A DNA stretch of 61,372 nucleotides, filler included. It is 5 parts of 5 records of this genome, joined end to end, with 100 filler letters (N's around TTAATTAATTAA, not from the genome) between each part and the next. Parts side by side here need not be neighbours in the genome. Positions count along the whole stretch, not along the records: positions 27,553 to 42,477 come from DRR378314_1608; positions 42,578 to 51,084 come from DRR378314_1609; 3 more parts are not named here. The stretch is one strand, 5' to 3'. Position numbers and translations under genes: made by a program. Shown here in pieces: positions 34,324-43,884 of this stretch (position 1 is its first letter; every line of letters starts with the position of its first letter). The notes beneath the pieces are model-generated. The model worked only from the letters and a program-made list of their open reading frames with translations. It was not told where the DNA came from and did not search any database.

Positions 34324-34415
34324 TCGAACTTGCGGTTGTGCCGCCGCGAGCCATGTCGTCTCAGCCTTTGCTGTAGGGCAATTCGGAGACGACCTCTGGT
34401 CCGGCGGACGCTCCC

Positions 34416-34448
34416 AAAAAAAGGGCCACCCCAGGGTGGCCCTTTTTT
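34416..34448. terminator. Bidirectional intrinsic terminator between rplS and the convergent gene
   Basis: A7-GGGCCACCC-CA-GGGTGGCCC-T6. Confidence 0.85.
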
Positions 34449-34467
34449 ATGCGGCTTGCGGGTGCCT

Positions 34468-34719
34468 CTATTTAGACACCGCCCGGAACACCGCCAGAAT
34501 CACCAGAGCGCCGATCACCGCGGTTACCAGGCCGCCCAGGCTGAACGAGCCCACCGGGCCGCCGATGCCGGCCATGGCGCCCAGCCAGCCGCCGACGATC
34601 GCGCCGATGATGCCGAGAATAGTGGTCAGAATAAATCCCCCGCCGTCGCGGCCGGGCATGATCCATTTGGCGATGATACCCGCCAAAAGCCCCAGTACGA
34701 TCCACGATAAAATGCCCAT
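34468..34719 (-). CDS. GlsB/YeaQ/YmgE family stress-response membrane protein
   Basis: MGILSWIVLGLLAGIIAKWIMPGRDGGGFILTTILGIIGA. Confidence 0.92.
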   Translation of the reverse strand: MGILSWIVLGLLAGIIAKWIMPGRDGGGFILTTILGIIGAIVGGWLGAMAGIGGPVGSFSLGGLVTAVIGALVILAVFRAVSK

Positions 34720-34866
34720 AAAACGTTCTCCTTGGCCGATTCATTGATCACTTTCAGTATGCCTGCGCAAGCCCGGTGGGGCCGGTAATAAAAGGTAAAA
34801 CCGGAACGTGAAAAGAGCGCGAGGACGGCGATTGTGTTTTCCGCCGCGATTGCCAATACTCGCGGC

Positions 34867-35787
34867 ATGAACTCTCCCCGCACGCCCCTCAGCGACACCG
34901 ACCGGACCCTGGTCGACGCTTGGCTGGACAACCAGTGGCTGGAGCGCGGCCTGAGCCGCCACACCCTGGAAAGCTACGGCCGTGACCTGCGCCAGTTCGG
35001 CGAATGGCTCGCCGGCGGCGGGCGGAGCCTGGGGGGCTGTGACCGGGAACGCCTGCTGAGCTTCCTGGCCGACCGGCACCGCCAGGGCGTCGGCGCACGC
35101 TCGGTGGCGCGTCAGTTGTCCGCGTTGAAAAGCTTTTTCCGCTGGATGAAACGGGAGGGGCGCATCGCCGAGGACCCGACCCTGAACGTGGCCCGCCCGC
35201 GCACCGGCCGGGCCCTGCCGAAGACCCTCTCCGAGGCCGATGTGGAGGCCCTGTTGCGCGCCCCGGACCTGGACGACAGCCTGGGCCTGCGCGACCGCGC
35301 CATGCTGGAAGTGTTGTACGCGTCCGGGCTGCGGGTGTCGGAGCTGGTGGGCCTGACACTCAGCCAGGTGAACCCCCGCCAGGGGCTGGTGCGGGTGATC
35401 GGCAAGGGCGACAAGGAACGGCTGGTGCCGCTGGGCGAGGAGGCGCTGCACTGGCTCGAACGCTACCTGCGCGATGCCCGGCCGGCGCTGCTGGGCGAGC
35501 ACCGCGAAGTGTTGTTCCCGAGCCGGCGCGGCGGCTTCATGACCCGCCAGACGTTCTGGCACCGCATCAAGCAGCTGGCGGTGCGCGCCGGGGTGCAAAA
35601 GCCGCTATCGCCCCATACACTGCGACATGCCTTCGCCACGCATTTGCTCAACCACGGCGCCGATCTGCGCGTGGTGCAGATGCTGCTGGGGCACAGTGAC
35701 CTGTCCACCACGCAGATTTACACCCACGTCGCGCAGCAGCGGTTACAAGAGGTGTACCAACAACACCACCCGCGCTCGGGAACCTGA
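34867..35787 (+). CDS. xerD: Site-specific tyrosine recombinase XerD
   Basis: LYASGLRVSEL, GKGDKERLVP, SPHTLRHAFATHLL, TTQIYTHV; xerD-dsbC synteny. Confidence 0.96.
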   Translation: MNSPRTPLSDTDRTLVDAWLDNQWLERGLSRHTLESYGRDLRQFGEWLAGGGRSLGGCDRERLLSFLADRHRQGVGARSVARQLSALKSFFRWMKREGRIAEDPTLNVARPRTGRALPKTLSEADVEALLRAPDLDDSLGLRDRAMLEVLYASGLRVSELVGLTLSQVNPRQGLVRVIGKGDKERLVPLGEEALHWLERYLRDARPALLGEHREVLFPSRRGGFMTRQTFWHRIKQLAVRAGVQKPLSPHTLRHAFATHLLNHGADLRVVQMLLGHSDLSTTQIYTHVAQQRLQEVYQQHHPRSGT

Positions 35788-35837
35788 GGGCGGCCCCGGG
35801 CTCCAACTGGCCTGGGAACCCGAACAACTGGAGAACA

Positions 35838-36587
35838 ATGATGAAAGCGATTGTAAGTGCCCGTATGGCGACCCTGGCGGCCACGCTGCTGGCCGTATCC
35901 GCCGTCGCCCAGGGCGCGGGGGAGATCGACGAGAAAACCTTCAAGAGCAACTTCCAGGACGCCTTTCCGCGCACTGAAATCACCGATATCCAGCCCGCCG
36001 CCGAGGGCCTGGTGGAAGTGGAGCTGAACGGCCGCGAGATCATCTACGCCTCCGATGACGGCCGCCTGGTGTTCACCGGCGACGTGATCGAGCTGCGCGA
36101 CACCGGCCCGGTCAACCTCAAGGAAGCCCGCTACCAGAAAGTGCGCAATGCCGGTCTCGCCGACCTGGACCCGGACGCGTTGATCACCTATCCGGCCAAG
36201 GGCAAGGAGAAGGCCGAGATCTATGCCTTCACCGACATCACCTGCGGTTACTGCCGCAAGATGCACCGCCACATCGAGGAATACAACGACGCCGGTATCA
36301 CCGTGCATTACCTGGCGTTCCCCCGCGGCGGCCCGCAGGCCGGCAGCGCCGAGGACATGCGCCACATCTGGTGTGACGCCAACCCCGACGAGGCGCTCAC
36401 CGCCGCCAAGCTGAATAACACCATCTCCGACTCCGAGCTGGCCGAGTGCGCCGCCGCCGTGGACGAACAGTACCAGCTGGGGCTGGAATTCGGCGTGCGC
36501 GGCACCCCCGCGGTGTACACCGCCGAAGGCGCCCAGCTGGGGGGCTACGTGACCCCGCAGCAGCTTAACCAGCGCCTCGGTCTGTAG
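35838..36587 (+). CDS. dsbC: Thiol:disulfide interchange protein DsbC
   Basis: Signal peptide; FTDITCGYCRKMH, LAFPR, GVRGTP. Confidence 0.95.
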   Translation: MMKAIVSARMATLAATLLAVSAVAQGAGEIDEKTFKSNFQDAFPRTEITDIQPAAEGLVEVELNGREIIYASDDGRLVFTGDVIELRDTGPVNLKEARYQKVRNAGLADLDPDALITYPAKGKEKAEIYAFTDITCGYCRKMHRHIEEYNDAGITVHYLAFPRGGPQAGSAEDMRHIWCDANPDEALTAAKLNNTISDSELAECAAAVDEQYQLGLEFGVRGTPAVYTAEGAQLGGYVTPQQLNQRLGL

Positions 36588-36651
36588 CCGGGCCGCCCGC
36601 TCCAGGCCCCGCCATACGGCGCTTTGCGGCGCCGTTCACCGGTTCTTTACA

Positions 36652-36680
36652 TTGACGGCGCAGGGTTGCGCCGTTAATGT
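36652..36680 (+). promoter_or_regulatory. Candidate sigma70 promoter for alaC-hom-thrC
   Basis: TTGACG-N17-TAATGT, 35 nt before the GTG start. Confidence 0.45.
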
Positions 36681-36715
36681 GTCCGGCTTCCAATGACCCC
36701 GCCCAAGGTGACGCC

Positions 36716-37909
36716 GTGGAAGCTGACTTTCAGCGCATCAAGCGCCTGCCCCCCTATGTCTTCAACATCGTCGGCGAGTTGAAGATGGCGGCCCGTGCGC
36801 GCGGCGAGGACATCATTGATTTCGGCATGGGCAATCCGGATCAGCCCACCCCGAAGCACATCGTCGACAAGCTCACCGAGACCGCCCAGCGCGGCGACAC
36901 GCACCGCTATTCGCAGTCCAAGGGCATTCCCCGTCTGCGCAAGGCGATCACCGACTGGTACCAGCGCCGCTACGACGTCAGCCTGGATCCGGAAACCGAA
37001 GCCATCGTCACCATCGGCTCCAAGGAAGGCCTGGCGCATCTGGCGCTGGCCACCATGGGCCCCGGCGACACCGTGCTGGTGCCCAATCCCAGCTATCCGA
37101 TCCATCCCTACGGCTTCGTGATCGCCAACGCGGACATCCGCCACGTGCCGCTGGTGCCCGGTGTGGATTTCTTCGAGGAGCTGGTGCGCGCCATCAAGGA
37201 AGCCTGGCCCAAGCCGAAACTGCTGGTGTTGAATTTCCCGGGCAACCCCACCGCCCAGTGCGTGGAGCTGGAGTTCTTCGAGAAGGTGGTGGCCATCGCC
37301 CGCGAGTACGGCATCTGGGTGGTGCACGACATCGCCTATGCGGACATTGTCTTCGACGGTTACCAGGCGCCCTCGATTCTGCAGGTGGAAGGCGCCCGTG
37401 ACGTGGCGGTGGAGTTCTTCTCCCTGTCCAAGAGCTATAACATGCCCGGTTGGCGGGTGGGGTTCTGCTGCGGCAACCCGCAACTGATCCAGGCCCTGGG
37501 CCGGATCAAGTCGTACCTGGATTACGGCACCTTCACGCCCATCCAGGTGGCGGCCATCGCCGCCCTGGAGGGCGACCAGAGCTGCGTGGGCGAGATCCGC
37601 GACATGTACCAGCGGCGCCGCGACGTGCTTTGCGACGGCCTGAACGAACTGGGCTGGACGGTGGAGAAGCCCCGCGCCACCATGTTCGTCTGGGCGCGCA
37701 TCCCCGAGACCTATCGGGCGATGGGCTCGCTGGAATTTTCCAAAAAGCTGCTTCAGGAAGCGGGCGTGGCGGTGTCACCGGGCATCGGCTTCGGTGAATA
37801 CGGCGACGACCATGTGCGCTTCGCACTGATCGAAAACGAACAACGTACCCGGCAGGCGTTGCGCGGCATCAAGAAGATGTTCCGCGCCGACGGCGTGTCC
37901 GGCGAATGA
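36716..37909 (+). CDS. alaC: Alanine transaminase (class I/II PLP aminotransferase)
   Basis: [44 protein letters not shown]. Start trimmed to GTG 36716. Confidence 0.92.
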   Translation: MEADFQRIKRLPPYVFNIVGELKMAARARGEDIIDFGMGNPDQPTPKHIVDKLTETAQRGDTHRYSQSKGIPRLRKAITDWYQRRYDVSLDPETEAIVTIGSKEGLAHLALATMGPGDTVLVPNPSYPIHPYGFVIANADIRHVPLVPGVDFFEELVRAIKEAWPKPKLLVLNFPGNPTAQCVELEFFEKVVAIAREYGIWVVHDIAYADIVFDGYQAPSILQVEGARDVAVEFFSLSKSYNMPGWRVGFCCGNPQLIQALGRIKSYLDYGTFTPIQVAAIAALEGDQSCVGEIRDMYQRRRDVLCDGLNELGWTVEKPRATMFVWARIPETYRAMGSLEFSKKLLQEAGVAVSPGIGFGEYGDDHVRFALIENEQRTRQALRGIKKMFRADGVSGE

Positions 37910-37926
37910 AGAGAGAGGATGCCAAG

Positions 37927-39228
37927 GTGAATGCGGTAAAGGTCGGCATAGCAGGTCTGGGCACGGTGGGCTCCGGCACGGTCAACGTTCTGCAGCGTAA
38001 CGCCGGGGAAATCGCCCGGCGCGTGGGCCGCCCGATCGAGATCGCGCATATCGGCGCCCGCCGCGACAATCCGGCGTGCGACATCAACGGTATCCGCGTG
38101 TCGCGGGATATCTTCGCGGTGGCCACGGACCCGGAAATCGACATTCTGGTGGAGCTGATCGGCGGCACCGACACCGCCCGCGAGCTGGTGCTCACCGCGA
38201 TCAAGAACGGCAAGCACATCGTCACCGCCAACAAGGCGCTGATCGCCGAGCACGGCAACGAAATCTTCCAGGCCGCCCATCAGAACGGCGTGGACGTGGC
38301 CTTCGAAGCGGCGGTGGCCGGCGGCATCCCGATTCTGAAATCCCTGGGTGAAGGCCTGGCCGCCAACCACATCAACTGGGTGGCGGGCATCATCAACGGC
38401 ACCGGCAACTACATCCTCACCGAGATGGAGCAGGGCGGGCGCGCCTTCCAGGAAGTGCTGGAAGAAGCGCAAAGCCTGGGCTACGCGGAAGCGGACCCGA
38501 CCTTCGACGTGGAAGGCGTGGACGCGGCGCACAAGCTCACCATCATCGCCTCCATCGCCTTCGGTATTCCGCTGCAGTTTTCCAAGGTGTACATGGAAGG
38601 CATCAGCCGCATCACCATCGAGGATGTGAAGAGCGCCGCCCAGTTCGGTTACCGCATCAAGCACCTGGGCATCGCCAAGGACACCGGCCACGGCATTGAG
38701 CTGCGCGTGCATCCCACCCTGATTCCCCGCGAGACCATGCTGTCGGCGGTCAACGGGGTGATGAACGCGATCATGATCGACGGCGACGCCGTCGGCCCGA
38801 CCATGTTCTACGGCGCCGGCGCCGGCGCCGAACCCACCGCCTCGGCGGTGGTGGCGGACATCATCGAAATGGGCCGCGCCTTGACCGTGGACCACGACGA
38901 GCGGGTGCCTTACCTGGGCTTCCACGCCGACCAGATGTCCGACGACCCGATTCTGACCATCGACGATGTGTCCTGCAGCTTCTACCTGCGCCTGCACGTT
39001 CAGGACAAGCCCGGCGTGCTGGCCAACATCACCCGTATCCTCAGCGACAACCACATCAGCATCGAAGCCATGGTGCAGAAGGAAACCGAGGAAGGCCTGG
39101 TGCCGATCGTGATGATGACCCACAAGGTGCTGGAAGGGGATATGAACGCGGCCCTGGCGGCGATCGCCGCCCTGGACACCGTTGATAACAGTATTATGCG
39201 CATCCGCGTGGAAACGCTGGACGCCTGA
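37927..39228 (+). CDS. hom: Homoserine dehydrogenase with C-terminal ACT domain
   Basis: GLGTVG, VTANK, FEAAVAGGIP, GIINGT, GYAEADP, DKPGVLA. Confidence 0.96.
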   Translation: MNAVKVGIAGLGTVGSGTVNVLQRNAGEIARRVGRPIEIAHIGARRDNPACDINGIRVSRDIFAVATDPEIDILVELIGGTDTARELVLTAIKNGKHIVTANKALIAEHGNEIFQAAHQNGVDVAFEAAVAGGIPILKSLGEGLAANHINWVAGIINGTGNYILTEMEQGGRAFQEVLEEAQSLGYAEADPTFDVEGVDAAHKLTIIASIAFGIPLQFSKVYMEGISRITIEDVKSAAQFGYRIKHLGIAKDTGHGIELRVHPTLIPRETMLSAVNGVMNAIMIDGDAVGPTMFYGAGAGAEPTASAVVADIIEMGRALTVDHDERVPYLGFHADQMSDDPILTIDDVSCSFYLRLHVQDKPGVLANITRILSDNHISIEAMVQKETEEGLVPIVMMTHKVLEGDMNAALAAIAALDTVDNSIMRIRVETLDA

Positions 39229-39247
39229 CGCTTAAGAGAGATACGAC

Positions 39248-40390
39248 ATGCCATTCCGTGACCGCTATACCGGCCTGATCAACCGTTACCGTGACCACCT
39301 GCCGGTTAACGACGACACGCCGTTGATCAGCCTGGGCGAGGGCAACACGCCGCTGATCCGCCTCAAAAACATTCCCCGCCTGCTCGGCAAGGACGTGGAC
39401 ATCTACGTCAAATACGAAGGTCTCAACCCCACCGGGTCGTTCAAGGACCGGGGCATGACCATGGCGGTGACCAAGGCGGTGGAAGAGGGCAGCAATGCCA
39501 TCATCTGCGCGTCCACCGGCAACACCTCCGCGGCGGCGGCGGCCTACGCCGCCCGCGCCGGCATCACCGCCTTCGTGATCATCCCGGAAGGTAAGATCGC
39601 CATGGGCAAACTGGCCCAGGCGATGATGTACGGCGCCGTGATCATGCAGATCCGCGGCAACTTCGACCAGGGCATGGAACTGGTCAAGCAGGTGGCCGAG
39701 AAGGCGCCGGTGACCATCGTGAACTCGGTCAACCCCTTCCGCCTGCAGGGTCAGAAAACCGCGGCCTTCGAAATCATCGAAGAGCTCGGCCGCGCCCCGG
39801 ACTACCACTGCCTGCCGGTGGGCAACGCGGGCAACATCACCGCCCACTGGATCGGTTACTGCGAATACTCGTCCAGCAAAACCGACATCGTTACCGAGGC
39901 GTGCGCGTTCTGCGAAGGCCACTGTCGCTACGCCGGCGGCCCGATGATCGGCGACCGGCCGAAGATGGTGGGTTACCAGGCGGCGGGATCCGCCCCGTTC
40001 CTGCGCGGCGAGCGGGTGTCCGACCCGGAAACCGTGGCCACCGCCATCCGTATCGGCAACCCGCAGTCCTGGGACAAAGCCTGGAAAGTGAAGGAAGAGT
40101 CCGGCGGCTGGTTCGACGAACTCAGCGACGAGGAAATTCTCGCCGCCCAGAAGCTGCTCGCCGAGAAAGAGGGTATTTTCTGCGAGCCCGCTTCCGCCGC
40201 TTCCATTGGCGGTGCCATGCGAGACATCAAATCCGGCAAGATCGCCGAAGGGTCCACCGTGGTGTGCACGCTCACCGGTAACGGCCTCAAGGATCCGGAC
40301 ACCGCCATCGAGCAGTGCAAGGATTCCCGTATGGTGACCATCGATGCGGAGCTGGACGCGGTTCGTGACGCCATCGTCAAGAATATGTGA
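39248..40390 (+). CDS. thrC: Threonine synthase (short type) with a Cys-rich insertion
   Basis: NPTGSFKDRG, CASTGNTS, PVGNAGN, TAIRIGNP, TGNGLKD. Confidence 0.96.
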   Translation: MPFRDRYTGLINRYRDHLPVNDDTPLISLGEGNTPLIRLKNIPRLLGKDVDIYVKYEGLNPTGSFKDRGMTMAVTKAVEEGSNAIICASTGNTSAAAAAYAARAGITAFVIIPEGKIAMGKLAQAMMYGAVIMQIRGNFDQGMELVKQVAEKAPVTIVNSVNPFRLQGQKTAAFEIIEELGRAPDYHCLPVGNAGNITAHWIGYCEYSSSKTDIVTEACAFCEGHCRYAGGPMIGDRPKMVGYQAAGSAPFLRGERVSDPETVATAIRIGNPQSWDKAWKVKEESGGWFDELSDEEILAAQKLLAEKEGIFCEPASAASIGGAMRDIKSGKIAEGSTVVCTLTGNGLKDPDTAIEQCKDSRMVTIDAELDAVRDAIVKNM

Positions 40391-40438
40391 AGCGCGGTTA
40401 AAATCATCCGGCGTCCGTTGAAGGGACGCTTTTAAAGG

Positions 40439-40477
40439 AGGCGCGGCACCGAAAGGGCCGCGCCTTTTCTGTTTTTT
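40439..40477 (+). terminator. Intrinsic terminator after thrC
   Basis: AGGCGCGGC...GAAA...GCCGCGCCT followed by TTTCTGTTTTTT. Confidence 0.75.
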
Positions 40478-40712
40478 GCACAAGCGAATACCGTCTCGGC
40501 CTTGAAACCTGACGCCGAATGGAGGATATATAAAGCATCCTTGAACACCGTGCGGTAATTAGTTCATTGGATTTTTCAATTTTTTTATATTGCTGGAAAG
40601 CCAGAGACAATAAGGGTTTTTTGGCGAAAGTCTGAGCAAGAAAAAGGTCATCGATTTGACATCAGTTCAATGATCTTTAGGCTGCGTGATGACTTCTGCT
40701 GGGGAGACCATA

Positions 40713-41852
40713 ATGAGAAAGTCTATTTTTGCGAAGTCCGCACTGGGCTTGTTCGCGGCATCCGCCGTATGTACACCGATCACGGCCACCGCTGGGGCGG
40801 AATTGAGTGCCGGCGTTTGGTGGGTTTATCAGAACGTAACCAATTCTGATTTCAATTCGGCCTCGTTCAGCGAGGATCTCGATAACGAAACCGGCGGCAA
40901 CTTCGCCGATCCGGCGCTGATTCTGTATGCCGATGACGACGGCAGTCACGGTCCTTGGCATTTCAGCGCGGAAACCCGCATCGGTACCGGTTCCTTTACC
41001 AGCGCCGCTAACAATAACAGTGGCGACAATTTTACCGTGCACAAGGCCTGGATCGGTTACGACCTGACCGAAGAGACCAGCCTCAAGATCGGTAAAAGCC
41101 AGGTGCCGTTCGGTTGGAAAACCGCCAATTTCTGGCCCGGTGACGGCCTGCAAGGCGGTTACGGCGACCAGATGGACGTGGGCCTCAAGCTGAGCGGTGA
41201 CGCCGGCGCCATCCATTACGACGCCGCCTATTATCACCAGGACGACTGGGGCGAAGACAGCACCGACACCGTTGACGACAACGGTCACTGGGGCAGCAGC
41301 GCCACCTACCGCAAGATCAAGACCGGCGTGCTGAACGTCGACTGGAACTTCCTCGAGCATCACACCGTCGGCGCCTCCGCCCAATACGGTCGCATGCAGG
41401 ACCTGGTGCCGGTGGCCGCCGGTAATCCGTCCGCCAGTAACGACGAAGGCGTTCACCAGGCCTACGATCTGCACTACATGTTCGAGATGGACAACTGGTC
41501 CGCGAAGTACCGCTTCATCAGTGTCGAGCGTGATTTCGACGGCATGGACGCGCTGCTTGCCTCCGCCGACGCACCGGTGGACGACAAGATCGAAAACCAG
41601 CGTCACGTGGTGGAAGTGGGCTACAACCACAACAACTGGTTCTACTATGTGGACGCTGGTGTGGCCAGCACCGACACCACCGGCAACGACGCCGATGACG
41701 TCCAGTTCATCGCCCCCGGTGTTCGTTACCAGTACGGTCCCGGCTGGATCTACTTCGAATACCTGCAGTCCGACGGCGACATCAATGCCTATGGCGATGT
41801 CTACGAATCGGATTTCGATGCGGTCTACGTCGCCTTCGATTTCTACTTCTGA
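40713..41852 (+). CDS. Putative outer-membrane porin (beta-barrel), uncharacterised
   Basis: Signal peptide ending ATA|G; alternating aromatic beta-strands; KAWIGY..LKIGKSQVPFG; C-terminal YVAFDFYF (BAM signal). Confidence 0.78.
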   Translation: MRKSIFAKSALGLFAASAVCTPITATAGAELSAGVWWVYQNVTNSDFNSASFSEDLDNETGGNFADPALILYADDDGSHGPWHFSAETRIGTGSFTSAANNNSGDNFTVHKAWIGYDLTEETSLKIGKSQVPFGWKTANFWPGDGLQGGYGDQMDVGLKLSGDAGAIHYDAAYYHQDDWGEDSTDTVDDNGHWGSSATYRKIKTGVLNVDWNFLEHHTVGASAQYGRMQDLVPVAAGNPSASNDEGVHQAYDLHYMFEMDNWSAKYRFISVERDFDGMDALLASADAPVDDKIENQRHVVEVGYNHNNWFYYVDAGVASTDTTGNDADDVQFIAPGVRYQYGPGWIYFEYLQSDGDINAYGDVYESDFDAVYVAFDFYF

Positions 41853-41974
41853 ATCCAATGCCGTCAAGTCGGCCGCGGGCCGGCTTCAGGGTTCGGCCCC
41901 GCCGAACCGACCGCGCGGCGCCGCCTGTCTGGTTCTGAGCCGGCGCCGCGTGACACGGAAAATGGAGCTATGCC

Positions 41975-42477
41975 ATGAGCGTGGAATACGAAACAGACTA
42001 TGAAGTGGGTCAGGATAATGTGCAGGTCCTCGGCATGGACATGCACAATCCGGTCTTCTTCATCAGTGCGGTACTGATCCTGGTATTCGTGATCGGTACC
42101 ATTATTTTTCCCGCCGAGGCCAAGACGGCCCTCGACGGTGCCAAGGGCTGGACCATCGACAACTTTGACTGGTTGTTCATGGTCGGCGCCAATATTTTCG
42201 TTTTGTTCTGTATCGCCCTGATTTTTCTTCCCGTCGGTAAGATCCGCCTGGGTGGCAAAGATGCCCGGCCGGATTTCTCCACCCTGTCCTGGTTCGCGAT
42301 GCTGTTCGCCGCCGGCATGGGCATCGGCCTGATGTTCTGGAGCGTGGCGGAGCCGGTGGGTTACTACACCGACTGGTTCGGCACCCCTCTGAACGTGGAG
42401 CCCAACACCCCGCAAGCGAAAGACATGGCGCTGGGCGCGGTGATGTACCACTGGGGTCTGCACCCCTGGGCGATCTA
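41975..42477 (+). CDS. BCCT-family (betaine/choline/carnitine) transporter, 3'-truncated by contig end
   Basis: GKIRLGG, SWFAMLFAAGMGIGLMFWSVAEP, YHWGLHPWAI. Confidence 0.93.
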
Positions 42478-42577
42478 NNNNNNNNNNNNNNNNNNNNNNN
42501 NNNNNNNNNNNNNNNNNNNNNTTAATTAATTAANNNNNNNNNNNNNNNNNNNNNNNNNNNNNNNNNNNNNNNNNNNN
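42478..42577. other. Artificial contig-joining spacer (bacterial/eukaryotic boundary)
   Basis: N44-TTAATTAATTAA-N44. Confidence 0.97.
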
Positions 42578-43884
42578 GGGGGGCGCGCCGCGCAGAAAAT
42601 ACCAAGATACGTGCTGAAGAAACGCTCAGGGCGGAGGATTAACCGCATGTACGTGTGTAGGAAGGTCCGTGCCGCTACGAGCCGTCACGAACGAACGCAC
42701 CGCGGGGCTGTCGCAGCGGCAACCGGCGTGGTAGTTGGCGTTGGCGTGGCGGCGAAATGCGCTCGATGCGCGGCGGCGGCGCGGCGGCGCGATCCGCGGA
42801 CGCGAGTGCGGCACAATACCAAAAATGGATACACCAAGCCGACACCCCATAAAGGCGATCGGACGCGCTACGGGCGAGTGGATTTTGTTGCAATCATCTA
42901 ATCTCAACCCTAGTCAAAAAGGAAAATCATTTGATGTATTTTTCACTCTCTATATTCTCATTGATTACACGTGGATTTCCTCCTCCTGCGTGACCTTTGC
43001 ACTATTATCGCACCGTGCTTGCTTACGGCCTCGCACATTTGAACGCTGCAATGTCCCACAGCATCAGTACAAAATACTTTGATACAGCTGAGCAGAACCC
43101 AATCGCAACATGAATTCGAGCGCGTATATCACCGAGACGCCCCTTTCAACCCAGGGTGAGAATATACCAGATCGTCTTGTGAGCATATCAGCGCGGCAGT
43201 CTTTGTCTCGCTCCGGCAACGTTCCCCCATGGCAGCCGTACTGCTGTTCGTAGCAAAAAGGTACAGCTTGCGCCTTTCACTCGGTCCACTTTCAGATTCT
43301 GTGCAGACGTCAGGCGTGCTGTTCGGCGTTTCCTTACCAGCGCATCCACAAGAAGGCAGGGTGAAGGACGACGTGCACCCATGCTTGTCTCCCTTTCACT
43401 ACCGCAGGAGCGATTCCAACACGGATTCGCGTGCGCAGCCAACGGAGTATGTGCTAGTCTTGCATGAGCAATTTGGATGCGCATCGGCTCGCCGGCTGCC
43501 AGTGCCAACGCCCACGTTTCCAGCATCGAATTTTATACGGGTGTATCCGTTTGCGCCCGCGCCCGTGGTTCCCGCGGAATCGCGGACTACCCTCTGGCCA
43601 CGATCCGCGGCCGGCGTCGTTTGGGATGTGAGCGAGCGGCGCGGATCCCAGATCCTGTCCCTCCCCACGTTGCCCTATCGCTCAGCTCTCCACCCAAGCA
43701 GTACCAGTCTGTTCGCACGTGTGCAAGTCGACCGCGCCGCGCCGTTGCTCGTGGCGGCGGGCCGCGGGACCTCGCAAGCGGGCGCAGAAGGAGGCGCAAC
43801 AACGCCGTGCCAGCATATCCCAGTCGAGTACCATACATTGAAACGGAAGACACGCGCACCACGAGCTGCCACCACTGCACCGCT

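Noticed and set aside
34867-35787. Tyrosine recombinase as a phage or island integrase
   Set aside because: The sequence and the xerD-dsbC-hom-thrC context identify housekeeping XerD.
40566-40580. BetI-like operator ATTGGATTTTTCAAT upstream of porin-BCCT
   Set aside because: The spacer is one base longer than the ATTG-N6-CAAT pattern I recall, and the region is AT-rich, so a chance match is likely.
42478-42700. Eukaryote-to-bacterium horizontal transfer
   Set aside because: The junction is an artificial spacer that truncates the BCCT gene, and the eukaryotic genes retain their introns.
42578-43880. Possible further eukaryotic exons or ORFs (e.g. 43229-43906 +)
   Set aside because: Some splice-like signals exist, but I could build no recognisable protein or consistent exon chain.
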